Assembly (NCBI GenBank): GCA_964035545.1
Contig: OZ037768.1
Location: 2,202,741 to 2,266,740 of the forward strand
From: Bugula neritina
Lineage: Eukaryota; Animalia; Bryozoa
Direction: 5' to 3'
Length of the DNA: 64,000 nt
In this document: in pieces, positions 14,901 through 28,408 of the stretch
How the letters are laid out: each line of letters starts with the position of its first letter
How positions within the stretch are numbered: position 1 is the stretch's first letter
The notes under the pieces: model-generated
Databases searched by the model: none
What the model was told of the DNA's origin: nothing
Seen by the model: the letters and a program-made list of their open reading frames with translations, nothing else
Position numbers and translations under genes: made by a program

Positions 14901-17900
14901 AATCAAATGCACTCGAACAGGTTTGTTCATTTGGCTTAGTGTACAATGACTTTTAATACACCCGGTTTCATTTTTCACCAGTTTTATTGAGAAAAGTCTT
15001 TAATAATTGGATGTAGTACACTGCTCATTCAGGACTTATGTAATAAACAAATTAGTGTAACTGTATCTCCTTTGTGGAAGACCTGAGTGCTGTCTCAAGT
15101 CATGCCAGCCAGACTAGGGAATCCATTCATTCATAGTGTCACAATCGTATGCACACTTTTTTATTTTGAAATATAAATATCAGATGAGCATTGTTCATAT
15201 TTAAACGGGCCTGCATTCTCACGGCTCCTTTTTGTATACTAGAATTATATGATAAAATCTTTGAATTCAGTTATTGATAATTATTAAAGTGAATGACTGT
15301 ATAGGTCAGTAGCAAACAGATAAAGTGATAACTTTTTACAGTGGCTAGTCTTTTGTATTTCTATCAGCTATATGTGCCTAAGGCTTTTTCCTGTGCATGG
15401 GGGCACTTAGCTTTACCATCTCACTATCTACCCACTTGTTGGTTTAACTGCTATTAATTAGTTGAACATTAAACAAAACAGTTGAAGAGAGAAAAGGCTG
15501 ACATATTATTTTCGGAGCGGCCATTACGTTAATGGTTTACTCAGAAGTTGATTTTAATGGGGCACTTATTATAACAGCCAGTTATTATAAGTATTGGCTA
15601 ACTATTAATAATAGCAAAGTAGTAATTTTTAATGAATAATTTGCAGGCAGTTTCTTCTCTATCGTCATTTAAAAGTTTAAATTAACAACTTGCGTATAAT
15701 AGATGCTGACCTCAGCAAGGTAACTGTCCAATTAAACGAAAACAGTACCTTAGGCTATGCTCTCCTTCAGTCTAACTGAGTAATTAACTGTTGATGAGAG
15801 AGGCCTGAAGCTAAAGATGAATGCACGCGAGTTCATTTCTTCGTGTGGGGCAAATTCATAACATAATGATTATTATTATTATATAACTTGTTAAATAATA
15901 TGTATTGCATTTCATGTTTGATTTTGACATAGAATATGCACTCTATATAATTAATCCAGTTTAAATGAAGTGTAGCTATTAGAGTAATTGTTAATTTGCA
16001 TTGCAATTTACTCAGACCTATGTGAACTATTTGTATACAGTATGCTAAGTAACCATGCCAGGTCATCTAGCTGCATCAAGTCATCTGTTTTGTACCAAGT
16101 CATAAATACTATATCAAGTCATTTAGGCTGTACCAGGTCATATATACTGTGCTGTTTTGCATGTAGTGTACACCATATGCTTGTCCGTGATGTACAACTT
16201 GTGTTATGGGCCAGGTTTTGCTGAAAGTATACTTGGAAGGCAAAGAATTTTACCAAAAATTAAAAGCTCAGATTTCAAAGAAAGATCACATGCCCAGAGA
16301 CAAGCTGTTAACTTTACCATTCAAGGTACTCACTGCTTCATATGATTTTCTACCTTCATATGTGAACTTTTCAACTTGTGAAAAGCTACGGAACTGCCAG
16401 TATCTGTGTTTGTGTAGATGTAATAACCATCCATTTTGTTACTTATATGTATATATAATATTTGAGCTACACTAAAATTAGCTTCATTTATGATTATGCA
16501 ATTGATATCGATCAGCTATCATAATATACTACACTTATTAATTAATAAACTCCATCTTTTTTAATATAGATTCGAATGTTGTTTCTATTAAAATACTCCT
16601 ATTTCAATGATCAGCTCAGAGTATTTTTGTCTTATAAGATGCATTGCACTTCCTCTCTTCTCCGTTAGATTTCACTGCATGAATGGATGTTGAGCTTAGA
16701 GCATGTCACTATACGATCTTGAACTGAACACACACTCAAAGAGGCAGATTATTTTTAGACAACACTCTTCTAATAATAATCAGCCAATATATTCAATTTT
16801 CATTCATACCAAAGGAGTTATATTAACTGTGTAACAATTACACACACAGTACACATAATCAACACACACTTCTGTTGACAATCGTGATGTGTAGTTTAGT
16901 TGGTATATATATGCTGTACTGCCTTTTCTCAGGTCTACTGTGTTATGGTGTATCTTAGACCCTGTACCAATACTAACCAACTGTGTTATGGTGTATCTTA
17001 GAACCTGTACCAGTACTGACCAACTGTGTTATGGTGTATTTTAGAACCTGTACCAATACTAACCAACTGTGTTATGTTGTATCTCAGAACCTGTACCAAT
17101 ACTGACCAACTGTGTTATGGTATTTCAGGCTCTGCAGCTGACATCTGTAAACTGGCAATGAAAGAGGTGGCCAATGAACTGAAATCAAACTCAATTGATG
17201 CCAGGTGAAGGAAGATCAATACTATTTTATTTCTTCTACATCAGTGCTGTGTGTCATGTCTTATAGGTTATAATAAATTATTTGCAAGTAGCGCAGGGTT
17301 TCATTATTGGTTGTATATATAAACTAACTCATGATTTTAAACACTGGTTTTTATAAGTTGATAAAAATATTAATATAATAATAAAAGTAAGCTCAAGTCT
17401 ATCAAAATAAAGGTGTGTTGGTAGCTTGCTATGGTCTCGTCTAGGATTAAATGTTAAACACAAGAACATTGTATTACTTATTAGATACAATATGTAAGGC
17501 ATATCATAGCATCTCTTAGCTTATTCTCTTTAATTTATTTTAGTCTACTGGTTCAAATCCACGATGAATTGTTATATGAAGTACTTGATGCTGATATTAA
17601 CACAGCTAAAGGTAACTCAACACTTGATGTGACTATTGTACTTTTATATTTAATAATTTATTTATTTGCCAAGTTCTGGGCATGTTGAGACTGTAAATTT
17701 CTTAGCTGAAATACCGGAACACAGTCAGGGAGTTTCTGTATTCTGTCAATATGACCTGCCAGTGTGTTACATACCCACCCACCCACAGTGGTGATTGAAG
17801 ATACTTAATGTTACATCAATTCTCCCAAGGGTTACCTCTGCTTGTCTATGCCAATTAAATAGATACACTTATAACTGCAGTAGGGGGCCGTTTATATCTA

Positions 17901-18513
17901 TAAAAATATTTAGTAATTCTGGTGTTGTTAGGGGACACGAGATCAATGGGTTGCTTTCATTGCGGTAATTTACATAATTTCCTTCACGTTGCTCAGTAAT
18001 TATATAAAATAATGCATCAACCGCTGCCTAACTTACATTTCCTTTTCAATAAGTTCATGCCTATCTAGTGTATATATTGGATATTGCTAAACATATGTAG
18101 TGCACGTAGTAAATATTTGCTTGTGGTAAAATCTATTTTTATGTCTCTAATTATCATATCTCTCCCACTTGCTGCTGTTAAAATCTTGTTTTTTCATCTT
18201 CTTGATGATTACAAATGAAACCAGGGATGTCATTACTGTTGAATAAACTAGTATGCTCGCTCTCTTTTCAAAAGTGTGTTACAATTAATATCTACCATTT
18301 AGCATGTTTTACAGTTTAGATTTGTATAGTCATCTATATACCACAGATTGAAAGTTGACTAATGATGCTTTTGATGCCTTGAAATTTGCAGATGTGTTCA
18401 TGAAGTGTATGAATACAGATGTTGGTATGTGGCATGGTGGAATAGACTTGAAGGTTCCTCTCAGGATACTACTCAAAGCTGGTAAAAGCTGGGCCAATAT
18501 GCAATTAATATAA
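2916..18513 (+). CDS. POLN: DNA polymerase nu (family A), about 21 coding exons; long S/T/P-rich N-terminus, degenerate exonuclease-like region, complete polymerase domain
   Basis: Exons give WDQTAASTGRLQSIKPNIQAIPK, motif A LLSVDFKQIELRIFAH (exons near 10878 and 11928), motif B RERAKKIVYSVMYG (near 12862), RQAVNFTIQGSAADICKLAM, motif C LLVQIHDELLYEV (17544) and VPLRILLKAGKSW before TAA at 18511-18513. There is no helicase domain, so not POLQ. The start ATG at 2916 is inferred from exon phases and is less certain. Confidence 0.88.
6992..7162 (+). other. GC-AG intron in POLN
   Basis: CAG|GCAAGT is the only phase-1 donor before the in-frame TAG; it joins LLHIS|DIHSLKFDDVCLASWLLD. Confidence 0.75.
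16938..17128. repeat. 43-bp minisatellite, about 4.4 copies, ending at a POLN splice acceptor
   Basis: Unit CTGTGTTATGGTGTATCTTAGAACCTGTACCAATACTRACCAA. Confidence 0.92.
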
Positions 18514-21500
18514 CAACAAACTGGGTATTTTCTTATATAATAGGGTCTCTTAATATATCAGAAACAGGGTTTTGACTGTATACTATGGGATAGCAGCATC
18601 AATAAACCCAATCAGATTGTATCTCTTTTCATGTTATTTTTGTGTTCCATTAATAGTGAAAACATTTAAAGCAAGTTTTGGTTAGAATTGTTTGTGGAGA
18701 CTGATGAATTGTGGGAAATGCCTTCCAATAGTAGCAGTGCAATGAAATCTATTAGATTTGCTTGAGATACAAGCCAATCATATCTATCTAACTCATCTAA
18801 CACTTGGCATACTTTGCCTAATCACTTGTTATTATAGGATAGTCTGCTTTAGTTTTATGATGCAGTTTTTCTAATCACAGCTTTGTAAATGGTTTCAAGA
18901 GGTAATATTTCCAGCCTTCATTTAATTATTTCTTTCAATTATAGATTATTGCACGACCTTTTGTTAGCAGTTAAGTTAATAAAGAAAGTTATCTCAACTG
19001 TGCATAGATTTATCAGTATTTCTAGGAGTATTGATAGGCCGTATCAACCCTTTACGCCTTCTGGAATAGCTGGTATTATTTTTGGGTGTAACTCAAAAGG
19101 CAAGCCATATTTTGAATGTGGAAGCAAACCCAGTAACAATGCAGCAATGACCACTGCCTTGGTGCCTCACTACTATTTTAGATAACAATTGTGGAAAGGG
19201 TTAGAAAAATTCTTTTATTAAAAATGTTTACTATAAATCAATGCTGATTTCATTAAGTAGCTATATAATTGGTTTCACTGAATATTGCTGCCCATTCCAA
19301 TTCCTACTCTCTTGCAATTTTCTGTAAAAAGTGAAGAATTATGCTTTATCTCATAACTGCAATGGTGATATTTTTTTGTTCACAAACAAACCTTTAACAA
19401 ACAAATTTACAGGTATATTCTTCAAAGATAAAAAAATTATTTCTTGTAAAAAATTGTGGATCATTTGTAAATCATCAGACAGTTGAAAATACTTGTTTTA
19501 ACAGAATGCCTCCTCTTTTATGATGATACAAGGCTCAGATGGTATATCTACAACACATCAATCTAGTTTATATTAGCTTAGCTTGGGCAATGGATAACTT
19601 TTCTCCAGGGTTTTTGACTGGAAAGAACCCACTACCGTAGTGCCAAATATTAGTATTTTCCTTTTACATAGTATAATAGGTCTTCAGCATTTCAAACAGA
19701 GTCTTTCTAAAAACTATTTTTATTTAAATAAACTTTAAAGATGCAAAAATGACTGTTTTTGGCTCATCTGCATTGCTGTCCCATATTTTGGTATTGAAAT
19801 TAATAAGATTTGATATGTAGTTCTTTTATAGGTTACTCCTAAAACATACTCATGTAGGTATAACATAGGGTCATTTTGCTTGTTCTTGTTAATTATAAAT
19901 AGCATCAAAATATTAACCGAACTTTGTTTAGTGGAGTCATAGTTAAATAGTATGTCCTTTTGTAACATTTCTGAATGTCAATGATAAACTCCATGTGGTC
20001 ACAATGAAAACCTGGGCTGTTTTTTGCATGAATCCTATTTAAGGCACCTGCTGGCACAGGTGAGTATCGCCACTAATATTTACTTAAAAACTTTCTGTAT
20101 TGAATTAGTTGTCTCAAAATCAGGGTCAGCTTTCATAAAATAATGGAAATATTATGTCTCGCTTCAGCTAAAATTACTACACGGAAAATTATGCGGTGAT
20201 ATGGCTCATGCTGATATCTCAGTCACTTAGTATTGTTATAGCGTTATTACATGCAGACACTTGTATCAAATGTACACACACCGGCAAGCTGCTCAAAAAT
20301 GTTAACATTCAATACATAAGATATTTTGCAACATTAAATAATGCCACAAAAGTGTTTAAACTTCTATAGTATAAATGTTGACTGAAAATACAAAGTATTA
20401 AAAATTACTGGCCATTCAGTATACGCAGTCATCGTGCTGCCAAGCACAAACATAAAGTCAGCAGTGCAAAGGAGGTTAACTTTGTATAAATGGATTAGAC
20501 AGAAGGCATTTTGAATCAGCGTAAGAACTGCACATTTTAATTGTTTCTAGACATCCCTCAGGCAATTAAGGCTGCACAGAATGCCTTTGGTTTTTTGTTT
20601 GTGTAACTAAACATAATTATTATTATCATTGTTTCAGTTCAGTTTGATTGGTTGACTGGGTATGAAGCAATGCTTATTGGTCAGTGTTTCAGCATGTATT
20701 CTTTAGCAGCACCTTTTAATTACAATGCTATGCAGTTTTGCACTTATTCTAATACTAACCTTCACATCTTTTGGATTACATTGTTTGGTTGTACACAGAT
20801 TAAAACTATTTCAATTGACTTGGCTTTTTCCAAGATAGCAAAAAGACATTGAACCAACTCGTTTTTGGTGTAACCCCTGGATGAAGAGTCTTTACTAGTT
20901 TGAAGATACTGAATAAGTGTATATATCGTAAGTAAATACTTCTTAGAATTCTGTAAATGTATTATATAAAGTGTGTCGTTTGCACACCAATGATGATCAT
21001 AAATCACGTTTCTTTGGAATCAGTTGTTCGCCAGGTGGGGCAATGCCTTCTGTTAACTTGTATTCAAACAAAATCACTTGTAATTAAAACCCAATTTTTT
21101 TGCACCCAGTCGATACATTACCCCATTATTCCGATGAACATGCAACTGTGACCCAAACTTTTTGGCTATTGGGGAAAAAATATTCTTGTTTTGAAGTTAA
21201 TTTATAAATAGGTTATTTTGATTTTCATTTGATTGGTTTATATTTAGTTTAATCAACTGATGATTTTCTATTCAGTGTAACCTTCCATGATTTAAATGAA
21301 GCATACCCAAGTCTATTTTCACTAAATTATTGCCTAACCAAATATTATAATTAAGCAATTATTACTAATTAGCAAAACAAAAAGTATCAATATAGGTAAC
21401 ATTTTACCAGCGAGCAAGCTATTTGTTAGGTACTTGAAATGATTCTTACAATAGTGATGTTTTTATTAACGCTTGAAAAGTAGTATTTATGCCCCGGGGC

Positions 21501-21986
21501 AAACTTGATCCACGATGCGTCAACCTGCATGCTCTATCATTCGCAGCATTTAGGTTTCTAGGCTATTCGTAATGCCGATATAGGTAATCAATTATATATA
21601 AGCGAGCACTTTATGAAGGGTTTCACTTAATCGTGTAGAAGTGCATAGAATTGGCTGCTGTGCTAAGGTTTCTTGTTATAGTACTTGTGCAGTCTCTTGA
21701 CTATTCATATTTCATCAAAAACAAGTTGGTCACTGCCTAACAAAGGGAGGTTTCTCAGGAATTTAGAACAGAATGGTCAGTGGATAAAGTTATAACTTAA
21801 ATAATTGCCGTGTAAAACGGTCACCAGAGGCAGTGAGCAAATTTAATAGCTAATGTAGCGTATTAATTTGCTCACTGAACATGCGTGCAATGACCAATCT
21901 CAGTATATGAATAGAATTTTTGTCAACTAACAAAAACATTCTTGTAGTAATAGTTATCAGGCGATGTTATATTTTAGGTTGGAAAT

Positions 21987-24900
21987 ATGGACACCATAAA
22001 GTTGGCAATCTTCATCTGTAATTTGGCAGTTGCGGCGTTTGGTATGTAAATATTATTAATTTGTGTTCCACACAAACCTGTATTCTAGTTATGCTGTGTG
22101 AGATGGGAAAATTGTATTACAATGTCCACTATATGTGTGTTTCAATGGCACATTGTGAACAGCTTGATTTTTCTTGTTGATTTGTAAACCTGCATTTTCT
22201 ATTTAAGCTCAAAAAGTTTAGCTAATCATATATAGTTTATCAATTGTGTAATTTTATAGGGAAAATAGGTTAGTGTGCATGTCCTAACATATTAATATTA
22301 ATATATAGCAAATACTAATATAAAGTGTAGTCCAGCGTTTGATTTACACCCATTGCCAACAGCTATGTATACAGATACTATTTGTGTTTGATTTTATGTT
22401 TTCTTAAGAAAACATAAAAATAATATTCATTTTATCTAATGAGCCTAATTTTATGCAAACAAAAATGAACTGTACTCAATTTAGATGCCAGTGTTTATTG
22501 TTGCTCTTATTCAATATCTACTGTTTAGCCTGAGATAATTAGCCTGTCTTCCTAACAGACCACATTTAAATGTACTTGTGTTGGTTGGGTATTCTGAGAC
22601 CATATGCAATGCATTTATTTTTTCTAAAAATACTTGAGTAATTACCCCACATGACTTTCATTTAACTGTGCTCTGCATACTTCCACCTGCGAAACTGCAC
22701 TAAATACTTTTCGAAATCCTTCTTTTATTAACCTGGTTACATAAATAATTAAGCCAGAAAGTATTTCTCACATTGTTTGCGCTTCATCCACTGATATATT
22801 ATAAATCACAATAAATCGAAGCGCTACACAAACACAAATATTTGTTTTACAACAGTTTAAGAAAATAATTGGGAACATTTTTTTGCTGGTTCGCAACAAT
22901 CATATACAATACTGTCATGAGTTACTGTAAAACAAACACCTTGATCAAAAGGAGTGCATGTGTGTAATACTTCCTTTAGGTTGCGCAAACAACGGGCCAT
23001 TGGGAATGATATCTGGAGATATTGAAGACTGGCAGATTTCTGCCAGTTCATCTTACCCCGCTGCCTGGGACGCTGGGTGCCACACCAGGAACGCCAGACC
23101 GTACATTGCCAACGGCAAAGGCTGGTGTGCTCGTCTCAAGTCACAGTCTGAATGGCTACAGATTGATCTCGGAGTTGTCACCACTGTAAGTGTTTCCAAA
23201 TAGTGTTCCTTGGAAAACGAATATAATTAAAATGGCTGCAAATCATATGATTTAGAAAAGTAAAACTGTAATATTATCTGTGACTGTAACAATACATAAA
23301 CTCTAGCAATGTACATGACATGGTATACACTTACTTACAAGTTACTTTGGCCACTTCCACTTGCGGTGGTCAGCTTGTGGTGATCATTAAACCAGCAACT
23401 TTGTTTATTCTCATATTACCTTTCTAGCCTCATGACTGAACTTTACTTTAATCAACCATCAATACCAATTGTTAAGTTTAAGATAATGTTGATTAAAACT
23501 TTAGTAACCTTCATTTTTAACAAAAGAAAACCAAAAAGTTCAGGATTAGCTTTATCTAAAAATCACAACTTATTTGTGAGGGTGCTAATTTCATCTTTTA
23601 ATTTCCCGTTCAAGTGTGGTGGATAATGGTGAGATTATTACTTTGATATGATATTTTACCAGTCAAAATAAAATAGATTAGCTTTTATAATTGCTTCCTG
23701 TAGCAATATTTCTTCTGTTCTCAGTCTTTGCCATCATTTCTCAGCCTACCTTTTCTACCATGAGTTTAATAGTCATTGAAATAATCTGGTTGATAAAAAC
23801 AATTGCACGTTGTCCAAATTATTTTACATCCTAGCAGGTATTTTGATGAAGTTAATCTTGAATTTTAGCCAATTTGAAATAAGCATTCCGTATATTTTTT
23901 GTCAGTCTTTTAAATATAAATCTCTACATGTAAACAGGTAACAGGAATTATTACGCAAGGACGTGGTGATGGATTGGAGTGGGTGTCGGCCTACCTTGTG
24001 TCTTACAGTCCAGATGGGGCAATGTGGAGCTATGTAACAGATAACAGTGATATTGCCAGGGTACATATCAGTTATATACTCTACATTAGTGCTTAGCATT
24101 TTATGGCATCATATAGTTCACATCATACTTGTGAATGAGCACTGTGATATAAACTATTACGTCACAGTAACAACTTTATAGGCTATATAGCTACATTAAG
24201 TCATAGTTTAGGTTACATATTAATTTGTAGAATATTGCACAAAGTTTAGCACATTATACAAGGTTCTAGAATGGTGCCCAGCATAGTTTTCTATTTTGTA
24301 AGTCCTAACAATACAGAAGTTTAAAATTAGACTACAATGCTTGCTTTTCAAAGTAAATATTTGTTTATGTTTTGAAGTGCAACAGCTGCATGGCTGTTTA
24401 ATATCATATCATGATGATGAGACTTTAAACCATCATTTAATCTGTATTAATCCGGAAGGTACATTAGTTATTAATCAAAGTAACAATTCAATTAATAATA
24501 GTTATTTTCCTATCAGGTGTTTGAAGGAAACTCAGACTCCTATTCAATACAGCATAACTATCTGCCTCTCCCAATTCAAGCCAGATATGTTAAAATCCAG
24601 ATCCATACCTGGAATCGTCACCCTAGCATGAGGGTGGAGCTAATCGGATGTCAAGGTTAGTTCAGTCAGAAATTATTTGTAAATAACAGTATAATCATAC
24701 ACAATAATGCACCGTAATTCCCAAGATAACTTTATTATTAAAAACTTGTTGAAAATTTGATTCAATTACCCCTGAAATGTTTTCTGATAAATACATAAGC
24801 CTTTGAGTGTGTGAGTGAGGTGATTTACTGAGCACTGATTGTTACATGTTGACATGCAGAAAGTAAACAGTACCTTGGCCAGCCTCCCTATGGCACCCTC

Positions 24901-27781
24901 ACAGCCTCTTCTGCACATCACTTTAAGAAAGGCAGCAGTTGCCAGCCCCACGATGGTCACATCCTCAGTAACAAGGCCTGGTGTGCTTCCAAGAACAATG
25001 GTGAGTCAGCGATTCTATACACCCGAGTGTGGAATTTTCAGCTTAGATATGCTGTATTACAGTACAATCACGGAGAGTTTTACAAGATAGCTTCATAGAA
25101 CCCCTTAGCTTGGCTCTTATTTGGGCTTCCATATTATAATGCAGATTTAGGGTATTTAAGTACAGCAAGGCTTGATGTTTTGTCTTAAGTTAGTCTAGTA
25201 TAAACATTAATTGTTACATTTGACTTCTCTCTATGACATATGTCTGAATGTCAACAGGTGTCTACATGCCAGCCAGTGTTAACAGGTGCACTAATCAGTC
25301 ATACTCATAATGTTGTGCTATGAAAACAGTGTGCCTCATTTTATTTAACCTTAAAATGCTGGCATTACATGATTTACACTCTTAAGAAAGCATAGGTTTG
25401 TTTTTTCTACACAACTTACGGAATCCAAGGTGTGCATATAATATCAGTGACATAGGCAACTAGGGATATAACACAATATTCATGTTTGGTTACACAGTGG
25501 AGCAGTGGTTGCAGCTGGACGTTGGCCCTCCTTCCCTAGTCACTGCCATCGTAACCAAAGGGCGAGGGGACACTGGCCGGAGACAGTGGGTGACCAGGTA
25601 CCGGGTAGCGTACAGCAATGACTCGCAAGTCTGGACCTTCTATAGAGAACCAGTTGGCACCGGCATTCAGGTAGGTACCTGTGCTAATAATCTTTAGCAA
25701 ATTAATGACTAAAGTTAAGAGATGTGGAAAGTGGCAATTTATATTAGGTGCGAAACGTTTTTAATAAATATCATGCCAAACGTCACAGCATATGTGTGGT
25801 TTGTTTTGTAGTATGGAGTACACGGCGTTTCAAATGACACCAATCCCCACGCCAGCCTTCTCAACCGTGTGGCAGCGGATGGCGTCCTGGTAAGGGCACT
25901 TGTGTTACACTTCTCATAGTTTTGACTAGAATGCAGATCAGCATTACGATTAGGTGATAGTAACTCTACACTGAAACCTGTACATGCCCCAGGCCCTAAC
26001 AACTTATCTTGATTACGCTATGAATTACTCTGAAAGAGTTGAATTTCTTTATGATAATAGATCGTGTGTCAATGCTGTGCTCTATGCTGTAACACTGTGA
26101 TACTATTAGACAATAGAATTGTTAGGCCTGTGTCACAATGCCATATTATTTACCACAACCTGTTCTCCATTCAAGAATTGTAACTGATATACGAAAAGCT
26201 ACCTGATCTTTATTTGTAAATATTTTTTCTTCACGATTGTTTATTACAGAAAATAAAACAAAGCATAGGCTTTATGACTGTTGATAAGTTTTCATATATT
26301 CAAAGAAAAGAATGAAGAATAACAACTATAAATACACTTTTTATGACCTGCTTTGTTTTTTTTGTGCAATGCTAACTCTAATAAACAATTTTATAGGAGT
26401 TTGGTGGCAATGTTGATAAGTATCTTGCAAGGACCAATTACCTTGCTAAGCCGTTTATTGCCCGATATGTCAGAATTTACCCGGTGTCTTGGTCGAAAGA
26501 TATTGCAATGAGAGTCGGGGTTCTAGGAAGGCCACATCAAGGTGAATGTCTCCCGGGATTCACACGACCAAACGTTGCTTCTCCTTGTGGTGAGTCGAAT
26601 GTATAAAGCCAACATTAATATAAATCTATATATATTTAGACATCTATGTTTGAATCTTAAAATGTTGATAGTTGTTATCTATATTGTGAAATTTTATTGT
26701 GAAATTCTAAGTTTTCGATGCTTGTTGTATGCCACGTCTTATTCACTAAAATAATATCATTTATTCTGAAAAAGGATACACGTTGACTTCTATTTGACAT
26801 CTAAAAGAGGGGACTCAACTCCCTCCTCACTGTTCAGCTGTGAACATGAAAGGCAAATGCATCACAGTAGCCTGCAGGCAGTAATTGCTTAATTGAAAAT
26901 TTAATTAACTGCTTGTGGATCTTCTCTCTAACTATATTATTATGTTTACATGTAAATGAAAATTAAATGTTGTTGTAGCAAGCAGTTGGGGAAACATAAT
27001 ATCTTCCACCCAGCAGGTCTTCTCTTATAAACTGACTAACTGGGTGATATATTATGCTCCATTCTAATGTTTTTAATTAATGTTTGTTTGCAATTTTGTA
27101 GTGGAAAACCTTGCCTTTAAGAAAGAAACTTGGTTGAATAAAGAGAGACACAGGAAAAGAGCTTTAGACGGGCATGAAGTTGATGTCATTCTTAGCCAGA
27201 AGCTAGCAGAGAAAGCAGTAGATGGGGTGACAGTGAATGACATAAACTCATGCGCCATACTTGACAACTACTATGATGATGAACCCCAGCTAACTATTGA
27301 CCTTGGCTCTAGACGAGACGTATCAGGAGTTACCATAGTTACATGGCAGGGACAGCAAGATGGTGAGCCATCATTTTGTTTCGAATAATCTAAAAGTTGG
27401 TGCTAATAATTTACACATAACCTGTTGCTACGTTGTTTTATATCTACTAATTTACACTCACAATTTGAGTGAATAATAATTAGAATGCAAGTTACAGTTT
27501 ATAGCTTTGTTTCTGTAGAAAGTAACCAGTATAACCAGGACTACGCGCTACACTTGGATGGGCTCTCAGTCTACATATCATCAAGTAAGACTGGAGAGGA
27601 GTTATGTGGTAGAATATCCAACAGCAAGAATGAGCTGATTTTGCAGAGAGAGCAGAAGTTAACCTGTGATAGGAGGATAAATGGACGATACATCAGAGTG
27701 CAGCCTGAAGGCAGGACTAGGTTGGGAAGCAGCAGTAACTGGTACAGCGCCGTCATATGTGAGGTTATGGCCTTCACGTAA
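21987..27781 (+). CDS. Secreted protein: signal peptide, two F5/8 type C (discoidin) domains and a C-terminal F-type-lectin/FTP-like domain
   Basis: Exon 21987-22041 gives MDTIKLAIFICNLAVAAF(G). Then CANNGPLGMISGDIEDWQISASS...WLQIDLG, FEGNSDSYSIQHNYL...ARYVKIQIHTWNRHPSMRVELIGC; a second repeat KAWCASKNN-VEQWLQLDVG...FGGNVD...ARYVRIYPVSW; then ENLAFKK...AVDG...LTIDLG...GRYIRVQ...ICEVMAF*. Confidence 0.85.
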
Positions 27782-28408
27782 CAACACGTGTCCCTCTAAA
27801 CACCGCTCTTCCATCATCATTCACTCATCTTATTATACTCAATATTTATTCCTCATATACTGTGCTATTTCCGGACAAATATTTATACCTAACTTTATGT
27901 AAATTGAATGGTGTGCATGTAGTGGTAGCAATATTGTAACAAAGTGCATCACAGTCAGAATTACTAGTTCCCTATCAGAATCATTGTTATTATTATTTAT
28001 TGTAACCTACACGTTATTTCTAGTAAACATATATTTATATTTTTGTACAGTATTGTAATATTTGTAAAAACCATTGTAAATAGTAGTCAGCTTAGATGTA
28101 ACGACGATACACTGTATTAATACAAACAGCAGTATTAAATTAGGATATTTTTGTACTTATTATTAACCAGTTTTGTACCAAGTCATAGTCAAATGCAGCG
28201 TTTGGTCTTACACTATTATGTATACAGTAAAAGTCATCATTATAAAATCTAATAAATTTGTTACAATATAAAAATTAACTGTTCAATAAAATAACCAGCT
28301 AATGAAAGAAAAAATTAATTACTCCATATATCATATAAGAGTAATTGGTGCTGATAATGAAGATTATATTACAGTTACATTTGCATTTCTTACTTTCTGG
28401 TTGGAAAG

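Noticed and set aside
2916-18513. POLQ or bacterial PolA identity for the family A polymerase
   Set aside because: No N-terminal helicase or 5' nuclease domain, the gene is intron-rich, and motif wording (QIELRI, AKKIVYSVMYG, SAADICK) fits POLN.
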